Positions 13,001 to 24,435 of a DNA stretch of 64,000 nt are shown here, piece after piece. The DNA lies in assembly GCF_037042905.1 (NCBI RefSeq), contig NC_087251.1, positions 28,584,001 through 28,648,000 of the forward strand, read 5' to 3'. A program made the translations under genes and the position numbers. This DNA is from Lytechinus pictus (taxonomy: Eukaryota). The notes under the pieces were generated by a model, which ran no database searches, was not told the DNA's origin, and worked only from the letters and a program-made list of their open reading frames with translations. The stretch's first letter is position 1. Each line of letters begins with the position of its first letter.

Positions 13001-15029
13001 TACATTATCACTTATCATATTATTAAATAAGTGCTAACAATTTCACTACATTTTGCATATTGTTTCCATCTGTTGAAATTTTCTTTCTATGGCTCATTAA
13101 AGAAGAGACAAATTGATTGCATTATTTATGTTACAGGGCTCGGAAATCATGACCTAACATGGATTATTCCTTTGTCATTATTATCATTGTAAGACACTAA
13201 GAACATTGCCTTTCTGTTTTTATTTCAGTCATTCAAACGTGAGCTTGAGGAGATGATACCTCGCGTGAGCTCCCTGAAAGACACAGCAGACCAGCTCCTG
13301 ATTGATGTGGACTCACCGGACTGTCGGGCGACCAGGGAAACACTACACCTCATTGCCAAGAAGAGCTCTTCTCTCCTTCAGAGATGCAATGATAACCTAG
13401 AACTCCTGGAGACTAAGGTGGATCCCAGTCAGTTCCAACTGGACAGGGTAGGTCTGTCTTCTTAGTTTCTGGAGGCGTATCTATACCTTGAGGCCATTAT
13501 AAACCACTTTTTCACTGTGGTCAATCACCATCATTGGTGCTGTCTCCCTTCTGTCAACTTTAGTTGACACTATTCAAGAAAATACACAAGTACTTGCTCA
13601 ATAGTCTTCAGGATTTTTTTCTGTATTCAGACCCTAACAACTTCCCCTTAGAGGCCTTTGTAGGTTTTATATGGCTGTGATATGTTCTGGCTTCTTTTGA
13701 GGTCCAGTGAATAAAACTGACCAGCATTCCTGAGTAGTAATGACAACAAAAGAAATCATATAACATGTGGTGATTAAGGACATTACAGGTTTGAAAATTG
13801 TAGGATTTTATGAAAAATAGTTCATACGGCCAGCCTGAAGTTTTATCAATCAAGGTTAGTCATAAACATTGTCTTACTTGGATTTAAAGTCAAACTTACC
13901 TTCTTTCTCATATCCAGCCTGTTTTTGAGAGTCCTATTCAACCAAGATCTGTGATGCTGCTTGGAGCAATGGGCGAGGTATCAAGTGACTTCTCGAGCCC
14001 CATAGCCGGACGAACCAGTACACCTATCTATTCTATCAGACATTATGCTGATGCCACCACCTGTACGCTGGCTGGAAGACAGAGTGCAGCTGGAGCAGCT
14101 GCGGCAGCAGCAGCAAGATCGCCTGCAGACACTGCTGGGTGAGTAAAAAACAAGTTTTACATGGGCTATTTCATACTCTGACCCCCTATATGTGGGACAT
14201 TCCTCTGATGATTTGTATCTGTTTTCTCGTACATTTTTAAATTTGTGATTCCCTGAAATTACCAGGGCTTCAACAGCTTGTTGAGTGAAAAAAATCCGAG
14301 AAAAATGGGAGTCAGACATACAAACACGTCGATTATTTTATGGTATTGCTCACATATAGATGTACAAAATATCTACTGACTATTGCTCAGGAAATGACCC
14401 AGCTTAAACACAGCAATTGATCTAAACTTATCTCTGTGATATATGCTAAATGAGCTGTGACAAATATTTTGATGACTGATCAACTGATTGTAGTTGGTCC
14501 TATGAAAAATCTCTGACATTGGTTATGTAAGAGCAACTGGAGTCTTAATGTGCTCCTTAATGTAACTATTATGGGAGATATTGTCTGAAAGGACACATGA
14601 TATTGGTAATAATGACCATCATTTGATATATGAATTGTCAGTTTGAATACTGAGTGAGGTTTAAGTTGTAAGAGGTCTTTTGTTTTTGTATTTCTATAAA
14701 TCTATCATTTGAAGAGAATCTAATAATAAAATGTAGCATATTCTCAAAGGATATTTTGACCACTGACATGTTTACATGAATCCCATAATTCATTTCAGTG
14801 TTCTGTTCTCATTTACAGCGCTCCAGTTTTGGCAGGCAGAGGGGGACGACCATTCTTATCAAGAGCAGTGCGAGCAGCCCTTCCACTCCACCTCCTAATG
14901 CTTCTACTGCTAGGTGTGGCATGCCTTATACCGATGACTGAAGAAGATTATAGCTGCACCTTCACAAATAACTTTGCTCGCTCATTACATCCCATGCTAC
15001 GCTACACCAATGGACCTCCACCCATCTAG
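931..15029 (+). CDS. SYNE1: Nesprin (SYNE1/SYNE2-like) C-terminal region: spectrin repeats + LEWD-type motif + KASH; 15 shared exons plus a candidate alternative first exon; upstream giant-isoform exons presumably lie outside the window
   Basis: GT-AG exons join in frame: (931-1097),1471-1633,3090-3277,3854-4004,4814-4947,5375-5561,6419-6619,9539-9816,10115-10271,10554-10650,11234-11436,11959-12138,12474-12623,13229-13447,13918-14138,14819-15029 = 2907 nt. Peptides such as [42 protein letters not shown] and [19 protein letters not shown] match vertebrate nesprin-1 as I recall it. Confidence 0.95.
1471..1633 (+). CDS. SYNE1: Nesprin exon (spectrin repeat; [14 protein letters not shown]...KFHE)
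   Basis: tttcag| acceptor, |gtaagt donor, phase 2->0. Confidence 0.93.
3090..3277 (+). CDS. SYNE1: Nesprin exon ([26 protein letters not shown]...ERKM)
   Basis: catcag| acceptor, |gtttgt donor, phase 0->2. Confidence 0.93.
3854..4004 (+). CDS. SYNE1: Nesprin exon ([11 protein letters not shown]...IKKYE)
   Basis: gtgcag| acceptor, |gtgagt donor, phase 2->0. Confidence 0.93.
4307..4516. mobile_element. Short palindromic MITE
   Basis: Inverted ends agggggtgtttcacaaagattt...aaatctttgtgaaacaccccct, arms extend ~45 bp. Confidence 0.7.
4814..4947 (+). CDS. SYNE1: Nesprin exon ([26 protein letters not shown]...)
   Basis: tttcag| acceptor, |gtaaga donor, phase 0->2; translated by hand (not in ORF track). 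Confidence 0.92.
5375..5561 (+). CDS. SYNE1: Nesprin exon (WDALARR...[17 protein letters not shown]...QMK)
   Basis: tttcag| acceptor, |gtaagt donor, phase 2->0. Confidence 0.93.
5752..6354. mobile_element. Kolobok/T2-like MITE (family A)
   Basis: TTAA on both sides, termini AGGACAAGTCCACCCC...GGGGTGGACTTGACCT; similar copies at 29631-30225 and 47189-47828. Confidence 0.85.
6419..6619 (+). CDS. SYNE1: Nesprin exon ([16 protein letters not shown]...KLERITATE)
   Basis: tattag| acceptor, |gtaatt donor, 201 nt, phase 0->0. Confidence 0.92.
6700..7050. repeat. Degenerate palindromic repeat built from (T)GGTCTA/TAGACCA units
   Basis: Repeated gtctaat/ggtcta units in the left half, attagac/tagacca units in the right half. 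Confidence 0.5.
9539..9816 (+). CDS. SYNE1: Nesprin exon: acidic/Ser-rich adaptive domain with SGRITP...LDWD
   Basis: atctag| acceptor, |gtacag donor, phase 0->2. Confidence 0.88.
10115..10271 (+). CDS. SYNE1: Nesprin exon (WGKNKQ...[15 protein letters not shown])
   Basis: tcttag| acceptor, |gtaagt donor, phase 2->0. Confidence 0.9.
10554..10650 (+). CDS. SYNE1: Nesprin exon ([21 protein letters not shown]...)
   Basis: ttctag| acceptor, |gtaaat donor, phase 0->1; needed to bridge flanking phases. Confidence 0.88.
11234..11436 (+). CDS. SYNE1: Nesprin exon ([12 protein letters not shown]...MIRMFR)
   Basis: tttcag| acceptor, |gtatga donor, phase 1->0. Confidence 0.92.
11959..12138 (+). CDS. 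SYNE1: Nesprin exon ([20 protein letters not shown]...WQKKLQ)
   Basis: gaccag| acceptor, |gtaaca donor, 180 nt. Confidence 0.92.
12474..12623 (+). CDS. SYNE1: Nesprin exon ([11 protein letters not shown]...YRIFA)
   Basis: ctgtag| acceptor, |gtaagt donor, 150 nt. Confidence 0.92.
13229..13447 (+). CDS. SYNE1: Nesprin exon, last spectrin repeat ([16 protein letters not shown]...QLDR)
   Basis: tttcag| acceptor, |gtaggt donor, 219 nt. Confidence 0.92.
13918..14138 (+). CDS. SYNE1: Nesprin exon, Ser/Ala-rich linker (GRTSTP, poly-Ala)
   Basis: atccag| acceptor, |gtgagt donor, phase 0->2. Confidence 0.87.
14819..15029 (+). CDS. SYNE1: Nesprin terminal exon: KASH domain (TM helix, conserved Cys, ...RYTNGPPPI*)
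   Basis: ttacag| acceptor, phase 2; [29 protein letters not shown]...PPPI then TAG. Confidence 0.97.
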
Positions 15030-17670
15030 TGTCCTAAGGGAAGTTCTAGCTGCCCCTGGCTGTCCTTGGTCCAGGGATGTGGTCTTTGGGTGTGGCCTCC
15101 TGCCCACCACACCCATCTAGTCAACTTCTTTCAGTCTGCCTTGACCAGATATCAACACTGCCAAGTTATAACTCATTGATTTTCTATGCTGAAATGCTAT
15201 CTATTGTGACAGAAATGAAATCAACTAAGGACATTGCCAAGACAATTGCAGCATGCAATTTAGCCTCCCCCATTCAAATGACATTGCTGCCTCATATCCT
15301 TATGTTGCAATCAAGCAATCATCGGCCTCTGGCTTGACTGGTTTTGGGAGATCGTGTAATGTATCATTGAATGCCATTGTACACAGTGTATTATACTGCA
15401 AGAGTCACAGAATTTATTTAATGCTCACATTGTGTGCTGAAAGCAAGGTGGTTAACCATCAAGTATCCAGCAGTGAAACTTTACCATGCATTAATACTGT
15501 ATAGACTGATCTTCATTGCTTGCTGAAGAAACATCACGTGCCTCGCTAATTCGGACCTGAAATCACTGCATGGTATATGCCAGAGCCTTAGGGAGCTTTC
15601 CTAAGGAGAGCAGGAAGAATCCACATTGTACCATTGTATAAAGTTTTTATTTGTGAAATAATTGAATTCATCCGTCATGTGAACAAATACCCTAATTGCC
15701 ATTGCTATTACAGGGTAATTAGCTGCCTTGTTCACATGGTGAGATGATCCATTAATGAATGTATATATGATGCTTTAGTGTGAGCATACGGAATGGTGAA
15801 GTAAAGAAATGTGAATGCAGCTGATTAATGTGAAGGGGTCTCTCCCTATGGATCTGATTGTACCAAGATTAATGAATTATATAGGACGATCAGGATGAAT
15901 TGTGCATTTACGTTCAAGGTATTAAACAAGTGGAACTATGATTTTATTCTACATGGGTATGTCTGAGAAGTCTTCTTTACTTTTTGGGGGGTTTGATCTT
16001 TGTGACATGAATCGATTCCTTATCATTTTGTGCTTTCTTCCATTGTGCCATCTAGAATGTATTCAAGATAATGTGTTCACAAACTTCTATGTACAATCTG
16101 TATTCAAAAGAATATGAATGATCATGTGTTCTGTCACAGATAGATTATTGATTTGAAACAAACACCACATTTAGGTAAAGAATAATGTCAGAGAGGTAAT
16201 GACATTGATAAGAAAGTAAACTAAATCATGTTATTACTCAATACATAATTTGTCATATGGTTGCAATTTATAGGGAACACTTATGTCAGACTGAAAAAAA
16301 AAACACTTGATAATTTTATTGCATCTCTTGATTCTTCTTTTTTAACCTAAAAATGACATGCATGGTTCGCAAGTATCTCAAATGTATATTTTCTCAAATC
16401 CCATAAATTATTGATTCTTTGAAATACTTAAAAAGAAGTGCCCCTTAGAATTAACTGCTTTTTAGATGTATTTTATAAATAGTTTCACATGTTTTGCTGT
16501 GTACAGAAATATAGAAAATAGGTAATGTGTATTTTTGTGTACTATTTCTGCAATATAGGATAATATATTTTCATTATTCTGTAGATATTAATGTAATATG
16601 AATTTGTAAATGTGCATCATGTAGACTTATTTAATGAATGCAGTGTTCAGAAATACTGATGTGAAAAAAATTGTTGATTCATATTCATTCTTTCATCTCG
16701 TGGATCATTGTTATTGATTATTTTGATTACTTAAAGAGTTTTGAATGACTGAAATAGTATGTTATTTATTAATGCCTTTATTAGATACTTGTAGAAATAT
16801 TTATCATTCTCTTATATTTTAAACTTTGAAATAGAAATATTCAGCTTTACTTTTTATTTGTAAACACAAAATCTGATTCAATATTAGCAAGCTGTTTTAG
16901 GTATATTTGTATTCAATTAATTCTGGTATATTTATATTAATATTTTTTTGCAAAATGTTTTAAGTTATTTCAAATTATGAGGTAATTTTTATAGAATCAA
17001 TGAAAATGTAATTTTTTGGTTCAGTAAGTAGGGATAGTTGATCATGTCAGCCAATCTTGACATTTAGATGTGTTTTTATATCAATGAATGCATCAGTAAA
17101 TTCATATCATGAATCATATGTTTTATCCATTCCATTTATATGTGATGACATTGTGCTGTGACACTTGTACGTTCTGTTTTGTGAAACTGAATAAGATGTT
17201 TCAAATCTTTATCAGGGAGTTTCAGTGGAGGAGTTAATGATATTTAGCCGTAGAATGCTGCATGATTCATGATTTTCAAGCATTATTGGAAGTCAGTACA
17301 TTTTGCATCATTCTTTTGACATTGATTTTCAAGCTTCAAAAAAAGGAGGAGTTTGGCGATGCCGTCCCTGTCATTATGCTCCCAGTGAATTAAACATGGG
17401 ATGTTACGCGTAATTCACAATTAAATGATCGTACTTGCCTTTAAAAACAGCTTATGTGTATAGGTTTGATATATTCTTAAAGACTTTTTATGTGTGTGAT
17501 GTATGTGTCATAAGTGTGAGAATTTGTGTGTGGGTGTGTGTGTGTGTGGGTATGTGTGTGTGTTTGTTTGCATCTATCTATGTATTTGTTAATTCTGTCT
17601 GTTCAACATTATAAAGGAATGGTGAGCCATTTTCCAAAATGGTGTATGTGTGGATGTACCGGGTATCTAT

Positions 17671-18082
17671 GGCCCGAATTCACAAAGGTGGTTTTGAAAA
17701 CCCACGGTTGAATCCATGGTTTATGCAGATTTCCTGTATAAATTACGCTTAATTTAGAGTGTATCGGGCGCGCGTATAAAAAATGTCCAATGCTGATGCG
17801 TGCTTTTGTCACAGTGCGCCAAATTGATGCCTGTTACCATGGTTAGATACGCTATTTTATTCATGAGTCCACTTTTTGAAGAGTGAACTCATGAATAAAA
17901 TAGCGTGGATAACCATGGCAACAGGCGTCAATTTGGCGCACTGACAAAAGCGCGCATCAGCATTGGACATTTTTTATACACGCGCCTGATACGCTCTAAA
18001 TTAAGCGTAATTTATACAGGAAATCTGCATAAACCATGGATTCAACAGTGGGTTTTCAAAACCACCTTTGTGAATTCGGGCC
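17671..18082. mobile_element. Near-perfect 412-bp palindromic MITE (foldback)
   Basis: ggcccgaattcacaaaggtgg...ccacctttgtgaattcgggcc with ~200-bp arms; TAT on both flanks; mirror ORFs 17609-17812(-) and 17905-18111(+) in the track. Confidence 0.9.
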
Positions 18083-21000
18083 TATATGTTCATGTTTATA
18101 TTTATGATTGAGTACAAAGAAATCTCAGTCAGGGGAATTGCCCTCAGAGTGCACAAAGAACAGACCAGGGATTTCACTGACAAATGTTATAAGCTACTGC
18201 AAATCATTGTATCTGATTGGCTCAGAGAAAAGTAATCAGTGAAAATCACTGAAAACAACAATTTTCATGAAATGACCCCCCCCCCCCCCCCGATTCTATT
18301 AGTACAGAGTGTCCTCATATTACTGACAATAAATGGTCTGACAAAAAAAATTTGCATCAAACTGTGATAAATGAATGCTCCCATGGTCTGATGCACAGTT
18401 TTCATAGTGTTCACTGGGTTTAAAAACAATAGAAAATTGACACTGTCATATATATAGACTTGGAAGTGTCAATATTTTAGGCCTAGAATGCTGTGTGAAT
18501 TCTGATGAATCTCAAATTCAGAGAATCACTGTCATCAAAGTTTGAATAAAATCAGACCAATTTAAAGATATTCATAAATGTCTGATATGTAAATAAGTGA
18601 AAACCATTAAGTATCAAATTGCCAATTTGGCTAGTCGATTGTGTAATCCCGAGGCAATTCTCTATCTACAGTATCATGTCTAAAAATATTGAGTTACACT
18701 TTTTATGATTCTATGACTCTATCATTCTTAGGATAGTACTTACCATTGTCAGCTATCCTGGGGGGCATGTCCCCCCCCCCCTTGATTTTCGAATTTTGTA
18801 CAAGAGCCTATGGGAGAGGGTTATCTCCCCCCCCCCCCCCACCCCAATGGATCAAACATCTCACAAAATCGCCACCCATGACTACTCAAATACATCATGA
18901 ATAATAAATAGCATATCACTTAATCTCATTTACAAATATTAGATCATTCTAATTCTTACATTATTTATGAAGAAAAATTACATTTTTAATCAATTTGTAT
19001 ATTGAAACATAATAGGCAAACTACTTTCCACCTAATGAAAAGTGGCATTACCGATTCATGCAATTGAATATGCAAATAGTTTAAGTGATCACAAGTTAAA
19101 TGTAAGATTTCCATATTTCCTTTGTAGCTCATTCGAACCTAAAGTGTGTGTTGTGTGTATTTATGAGGGTGTGGGTGTGTATATGACGTGTTGTTTTGAT
19201 AGGTATGCTAATCCTGCATTATGAGTGAGTGTGTGGTGTAAATTAATTTGAAAATAATTCTTTATATGTGGGCAGGTGCCTACAATTGTTGTTTTAGTCA
19301 GTTTGTGAATGTTGTTACTATATTGATGTGGGTGTATGTTTTGTTAGGTTTGATAATAACAATTTGTGAATGTGGTTGGGTATGCAGAATATGACAAACA
19401 CCATTCATGTTCTGAGTTTGGTTTTTGTTTATGTCTGCTAATCGTGTGTACATGCATTGTTTGGTAGATGATTGGTCAAAAGCACTTAGACACACACACA
19501 CGTGCATCCCCAAGATATGCACCCCTCCCCCATACCACTTCAGTTCCACCCCCAGGATGTGCACCTCCCTATGCTCAAACTAGCATACGCCCTTGTAAAG
19601 TAGTATTAGAATGTGATATCCGGTTTTAAAGTTGCACAGTTAAAATTGCAATTATTAAAGTATAGTAATCCATTATCTGAATGATGATATCGTCCGACCG
19701 ACGTCCATTTTATTGAATATAAGCTTGATGTTTGCCACAAAAGTTAATGTAGGATTCGAACTCATGGCCATTCCGCTGGACCAAAAACGAAGAACAGATT
19801 GGGGAAAATTAGATATGGAATGTAATATACTTCATTTCTTCAGTATCTTTGCTCATCAATATTATATCACAATACTTAACTGAAGACTCAATAATAAATC
19901 ACAATATTGAAGACTCAGTAATAATTGACTTGGCTGTAGGTAAGTACAGACTTTTATTATGAGAATCTTTATAAGCCAGACACTTCTTACAAAACTTTCA
20001 GTAGTGCCGATCGCTTATTATTTTGTCTGAGCATTGATTTAAATCAGGGATATATATTTTCTTTACTGTGAATTGATTTTTCTAATATTCAGTCCAACGT
20101 ACTTTGAAACACCTGCACAAAGTTCCCTACAAAACTATTATTAATATTTTTTTAATTGTAGGCTCTGAAGATCATGTGATGCATACAAATACATAATTCA
20201 TGATACTGAATATATTATTGCAGTAAGTTTGTCACCATTTGGGAAAATCAAGTTGTTCATTTTTAATATTTAAAATTTCCTCACTTTGGGGCTAATACGT
20301 AGTTTTTATATTTTGTTTACAATTACAACAAAACTTATTCCATTTTGACCTTTCATGACTTATTCAAATCAGATATAGGACTACTGTATGCAGGTTGTCA
20401 TTGACTTTCAATCTTGTGGTTAAAGCATATATTTCTGATTATTTTCAATTGACGTATATCAACCATGATACAATAAAAGTGGGTCAAAGGGAAAGTGTAA
20501 AAGGTTCACTTTCTTTTTATAGCATACATTCAATGTCGCGGAAGGTTCATCGTGGGCAATTTCTAAAGTAAATACGATATTTCGAAAGTCATTTATTGTG
20601 GTTGATTTGTGAGAAAATGATTTTACCTGCAGTTCTAGAAAGTGACGTATATAATTCTAGGAACAAAAAATGGCCAGATTGTACCACTGAAATATTATTT
20701 CCTCAAGATTTCCAGGGTATCTCCCTAGGTTTGATATACCAGGACCAAGATTCAAAACAGGAAAACAGTAATTTTATCTCTAATCTTGTGAACCTCTTTA
20801 AATATGGGTGATTAAGTAAATAAACTAAATAATCTATAATCTTGCCGTTGGACACAACTTGACATAGAAATGATGGCTCTTACAGATTGAACTTGATATA
20901 TTCAACTAAAATGATAAATTCTAGTAAATTGATTAACTATAGGTAGGTCTAAAAACAATAACAGCTCTCAATATAGATAAGTTATCAAAGGATCCCTAGG

Positions 21001-21565
21001 GGTAAGCGGGGGCTCCTCTCCTCCCCCCCCCCAAAAAAAAAATTAAGCCTAGGCCTATATGCCCTATTTCTAGGCCTACACCTTATTTTATTTTTCAACA
21101 CTATTAATTTCATCGATTTTTCTCGATTTCCTTCCATATCTGGCTGATATAAACATATTAATTCTATTCCAAGGTTTTATGGTTGATTTATATATACATA
21201 TATTGTATTCTTTCTCCCATACGTGTACTGTATCAAAGCAAGAGCTCTGATCCAGCTGAGGCATGGCGGCTTGTCATTAGTCTGCAGGCACAGACCCTGA
21301 TTGGAACTTTGATCAATAAGTGTGCCTCTACGCAAAGACTAGCACATACAAAACTTGCTGTTCCAATACGAGCCTTCAGTACACAAGGCATGAGTAGGCT
21401 GCACATTCAGACCCTTAACTCGAGTGAAGGGTTTGCCCAGCAGACTAGCTTGTCATTGTTCAAAACCCACCTACACCCGACAAAGGGAATTATAATTGGT
21501 ATATGGCGTCGAAAATCTGTCTATCTGACGGTCAATCGGATCGGGGTCGCCCTAGCCACTAACCC

Positions 21566-21637
21566 GTCTCTGTGGTCTAGTGGTTAAGGCACCGGCGTTC
21601 CAAGGTGGGGGCCCGGGTTCGATTCCCGGCAGAGACA
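21566..21637 (+). tRNA. tRNA-like gene or pseudogene, anticodon TCC (Gly), non-canonical body
   Basis: Cloverleaf: acceptor GTCTCTG/CAGAGAC, D arm GTCT/AGGC, anticodon loop GTTCCAA, T arm CCGGG-TTCGATT-CCCGG, A73, then TTTTT; one G:G mismatch in the anticodon stem. Confidence 0.6.
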
Positions 21638-21767
21638 TTTTTCGGCATCACCAATTTTTCCAAACCTTGATTTAAGCTACGCCTACCAATGTTCGCTTCA
21701 TCCATTTCTTTCAAAAAATATTTAAACAAAAGAGTTGCCAAAGCTGTTGTACATGTACAATTCTCAC

Positions 21768-21768
<1 letters not shown>

Positions 21769-21808
<40 letters not shown>
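21769..21808. repeat. (TA)n microsatellite
   Basis: ~20 TA units. Confidence 0.95.
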
Positions 21809-21809
<1 letters not shown>

Positions 21810-22521
21810 CAGCCGGGTAAATAAGGAAATACAATGGAAATAAGATCATCATTCGGTAGGCTTATATATTTCCTTGAATTTCCTGAAATTGTTTAATTTT
21901 TCCCGAAGCTCGATTTCCTGGAAAATGATTGACCCAAATTTCCTGAATTCTGGGAAAACTTGAACACTGAATGCGGCAATAGACAGCACATTGGACATCA
22001 TTCGAGAAAATGACAAGAATTTTAGTAACTTGGAAGAACATCTATAGCGTAAAATTCTGCATTTATTGCCTGGTCCCAATTACCAACTTTACTATTATAA
22101 GATCGATATCTTGTCAATTTGGAAGTAAGATGTACTATAACGTATATGATTCAATATATTATCATTTTTTTTAAGGGAACTGGATATGAAATATTTACAA
22201 TTTTCTGTTGGCGTAGCTATTTTTTTTTTTTTTTTTTTTTTTTGGGGGGGGGGGGGCAGACTCCCCTGAAGCCACTCCGAACTTTGCGCAAAGCGCACAT
22301 TCTGAGCGCCCATCGCAAAGGCCCTTGCAACCGAGGTCAGTGGCCCGCTTATAAGGGTATCAACTATAGAAATGAAATTATTCATAAGAGTTCTATGTGG
22401 TTTTCATAAAATATAGATTAAGTGGGGGCCCATAGGTCCATGGATTCATTTAGGGCTAGGCCTTGCTCAGAAATGTGTCACCAGTATACCCAGTGACTGA
22501 AGAAATATGTATAGCATACTT

Positions 22522-23683
22522 CAGTGGCGTAACTACGTCGGGGCATGGGGGGCACGTGCCCCCCCCCCCCATCTGCTGGCAAAAAAAACAGGGGAAAGGA
22601 GAAAAAGAGGAAGAAAGGAAGAGAAACGTAAAGGGAAATAAGAAATTATTTTTCTTTATAATGTTATATTATATAATAATTATGTTATGTTATATAACAT
22701 AAGAAATATATGTTTCGTAACTTTATGAAACATAATTTGCTCATTGCCTATGTCTTCATTGTTCCTGGTACTCACATTGTCTGTTTTAAAACGAGATATA
22801 TAATCCTGTTGTACTAAAAACTCTAGTTTTCAAGTCAATATACACCAAATATATTTCCTCGCACTTCGAGTTATTATTGTTTTATATAGTGACATATGCT
22901 TCTTTTTCATGACTACTTAAAGTGATTGCCCCATTTTAAGGTCATAATATAAAACATTTCCTGTCCATGTTTACGTTCGTATTAGTGGATTGGTGAGATA
23001 TGTCTGCTCTTCATGAATTTCTAAAATCAGTCCTTAAAATGTCATTTTTTCTGATCTGAATATAAAAAAATTTCAGCTCGCACCATTTGATTGGGGAAAT
23101 ACGTATGGTCTTCGTGAATTCCTATACAAACAAGCCTTATAATGCCCCTCTTTAGGTCTGAATTTCCTAAATATTCAGCTCGCGCTTCGCGCTCGCAATA
23201 TTTGATTAGTGAGATGCGTTTGTTCAGATCACGATTACAATTGCTTCATGTGTTTAGATGTAATTCTAACAAAATCAGCAAGCACATGGCACTCGCAATA
23301 GATGACTATGGTGAGATATGTATACTCTTAATGGATTCCTAAAATATAGTCCTTAATATGTCCCTTTTTGGGGTCAATATATACAAAAATTTCAGCTCGC
23401 GCTTTGCGCTCGCATTGTTTGTTTAGCGAGACAGGTACGTATCATGATTACAAAAAAAATGCTTATAATGTACCTTCTTGTGTCTGAATATCAAACATTT
23501 TCAGCTCGCGCTTCGCTCTCGCATTATTTCATTAGTGAGATACATATTCGTTTACTGGCTCTGTCCTCAAAATGTCTCTATATTAGGTCAGTATACCTGG
23601 CAACAGCGCGCTTCGCGCGCTCACTTAGTGACTCAAAATTGTTGCTGGTGCCCCCCAATGCCGTGACCCACGGTACGCCACTG
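22522..23683. mobile_element. Non-autonomous hAT-like element
   Basis: TIR CAGTGGCGTA...TACGCCACTG; exact 8-bp TSD GCATACTT at 22514-22521 and 23684-23691; internal gctcgcgcttcgcgctcgca subrepeats. Confidence 0.9.
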
Positions 23684-23947
23684 GCATACTTCAGGGGGGG
23701 GGGCGCTAATAACTAAGACTGCAAAAATACGTTTTTAATGTTTCATTTCGACTCACCTTAACGCTCGACCCGCCAGACCTATTATAATGTTGGGCTTGTG
23801 TCATCATATCGGCCATTAGAAAAGGGCCCCAATAAATTCGGGTCCAGTTCCCCAGACCATTCGAGAATTATACCATCAGCTGATTCTATTTTTTAGCATG
23901 GTCCCCCCCCCCCCCCCCATGTTGAAATGATGTGGAAAAGTGTCTTT

Positions 23948-23949
<2 letters not shown>

Positions 23950-23981
<32 letters not shown>

Positions 23982-24007
23982 CCTAATTAAGATAGGATAA
24001 GATAAGA
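23950..24007. repeat. (GATAA)n degenerate microsatellite
   Basis: agataagataagattagata...gataggataagataag. Confidence 0.75.
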
Positions 24008-24435
24008 ATTTATTTTTCGACCCCCTGTAAGAGTATGAGGGATGTGAGAGAACCGTGATATTTACAATGAATAGGCCTAGTAGCATCGAATGTACAAAGC
24101 ATAGATAAAATGAACGTGGAATAATAATTGAGATAAACAAGATTCATGAATTAATGCCATTAAAAAGTCAAACGTGCAGAATTTTTAACAACTCTGCCAC
24201 TAAGGGTAATAACAGTCGAAGTGCTTTTTTTCCATAAATCACAATTTGCTTGGGTTTGTGTACAAAGTGAAGCATAATCATTTTTACAAATTGCACAATT
24301 ATTTTCAGATGGCAATTTTTTTTTTTACAGTAAATATTTTATTGAACTGAATTGAACATGGCCTTTGAATCAGTTATATTCCCGCTTTGTTATGTGCACT
24401 GAGATCATCCTACAAATCCCGCCCATCTGCCCCCC

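Noticed and set aside
17609..18111. Two near-identical ORFs on opposite strands
   Set aside because: Artefact of the palindromic MITE.
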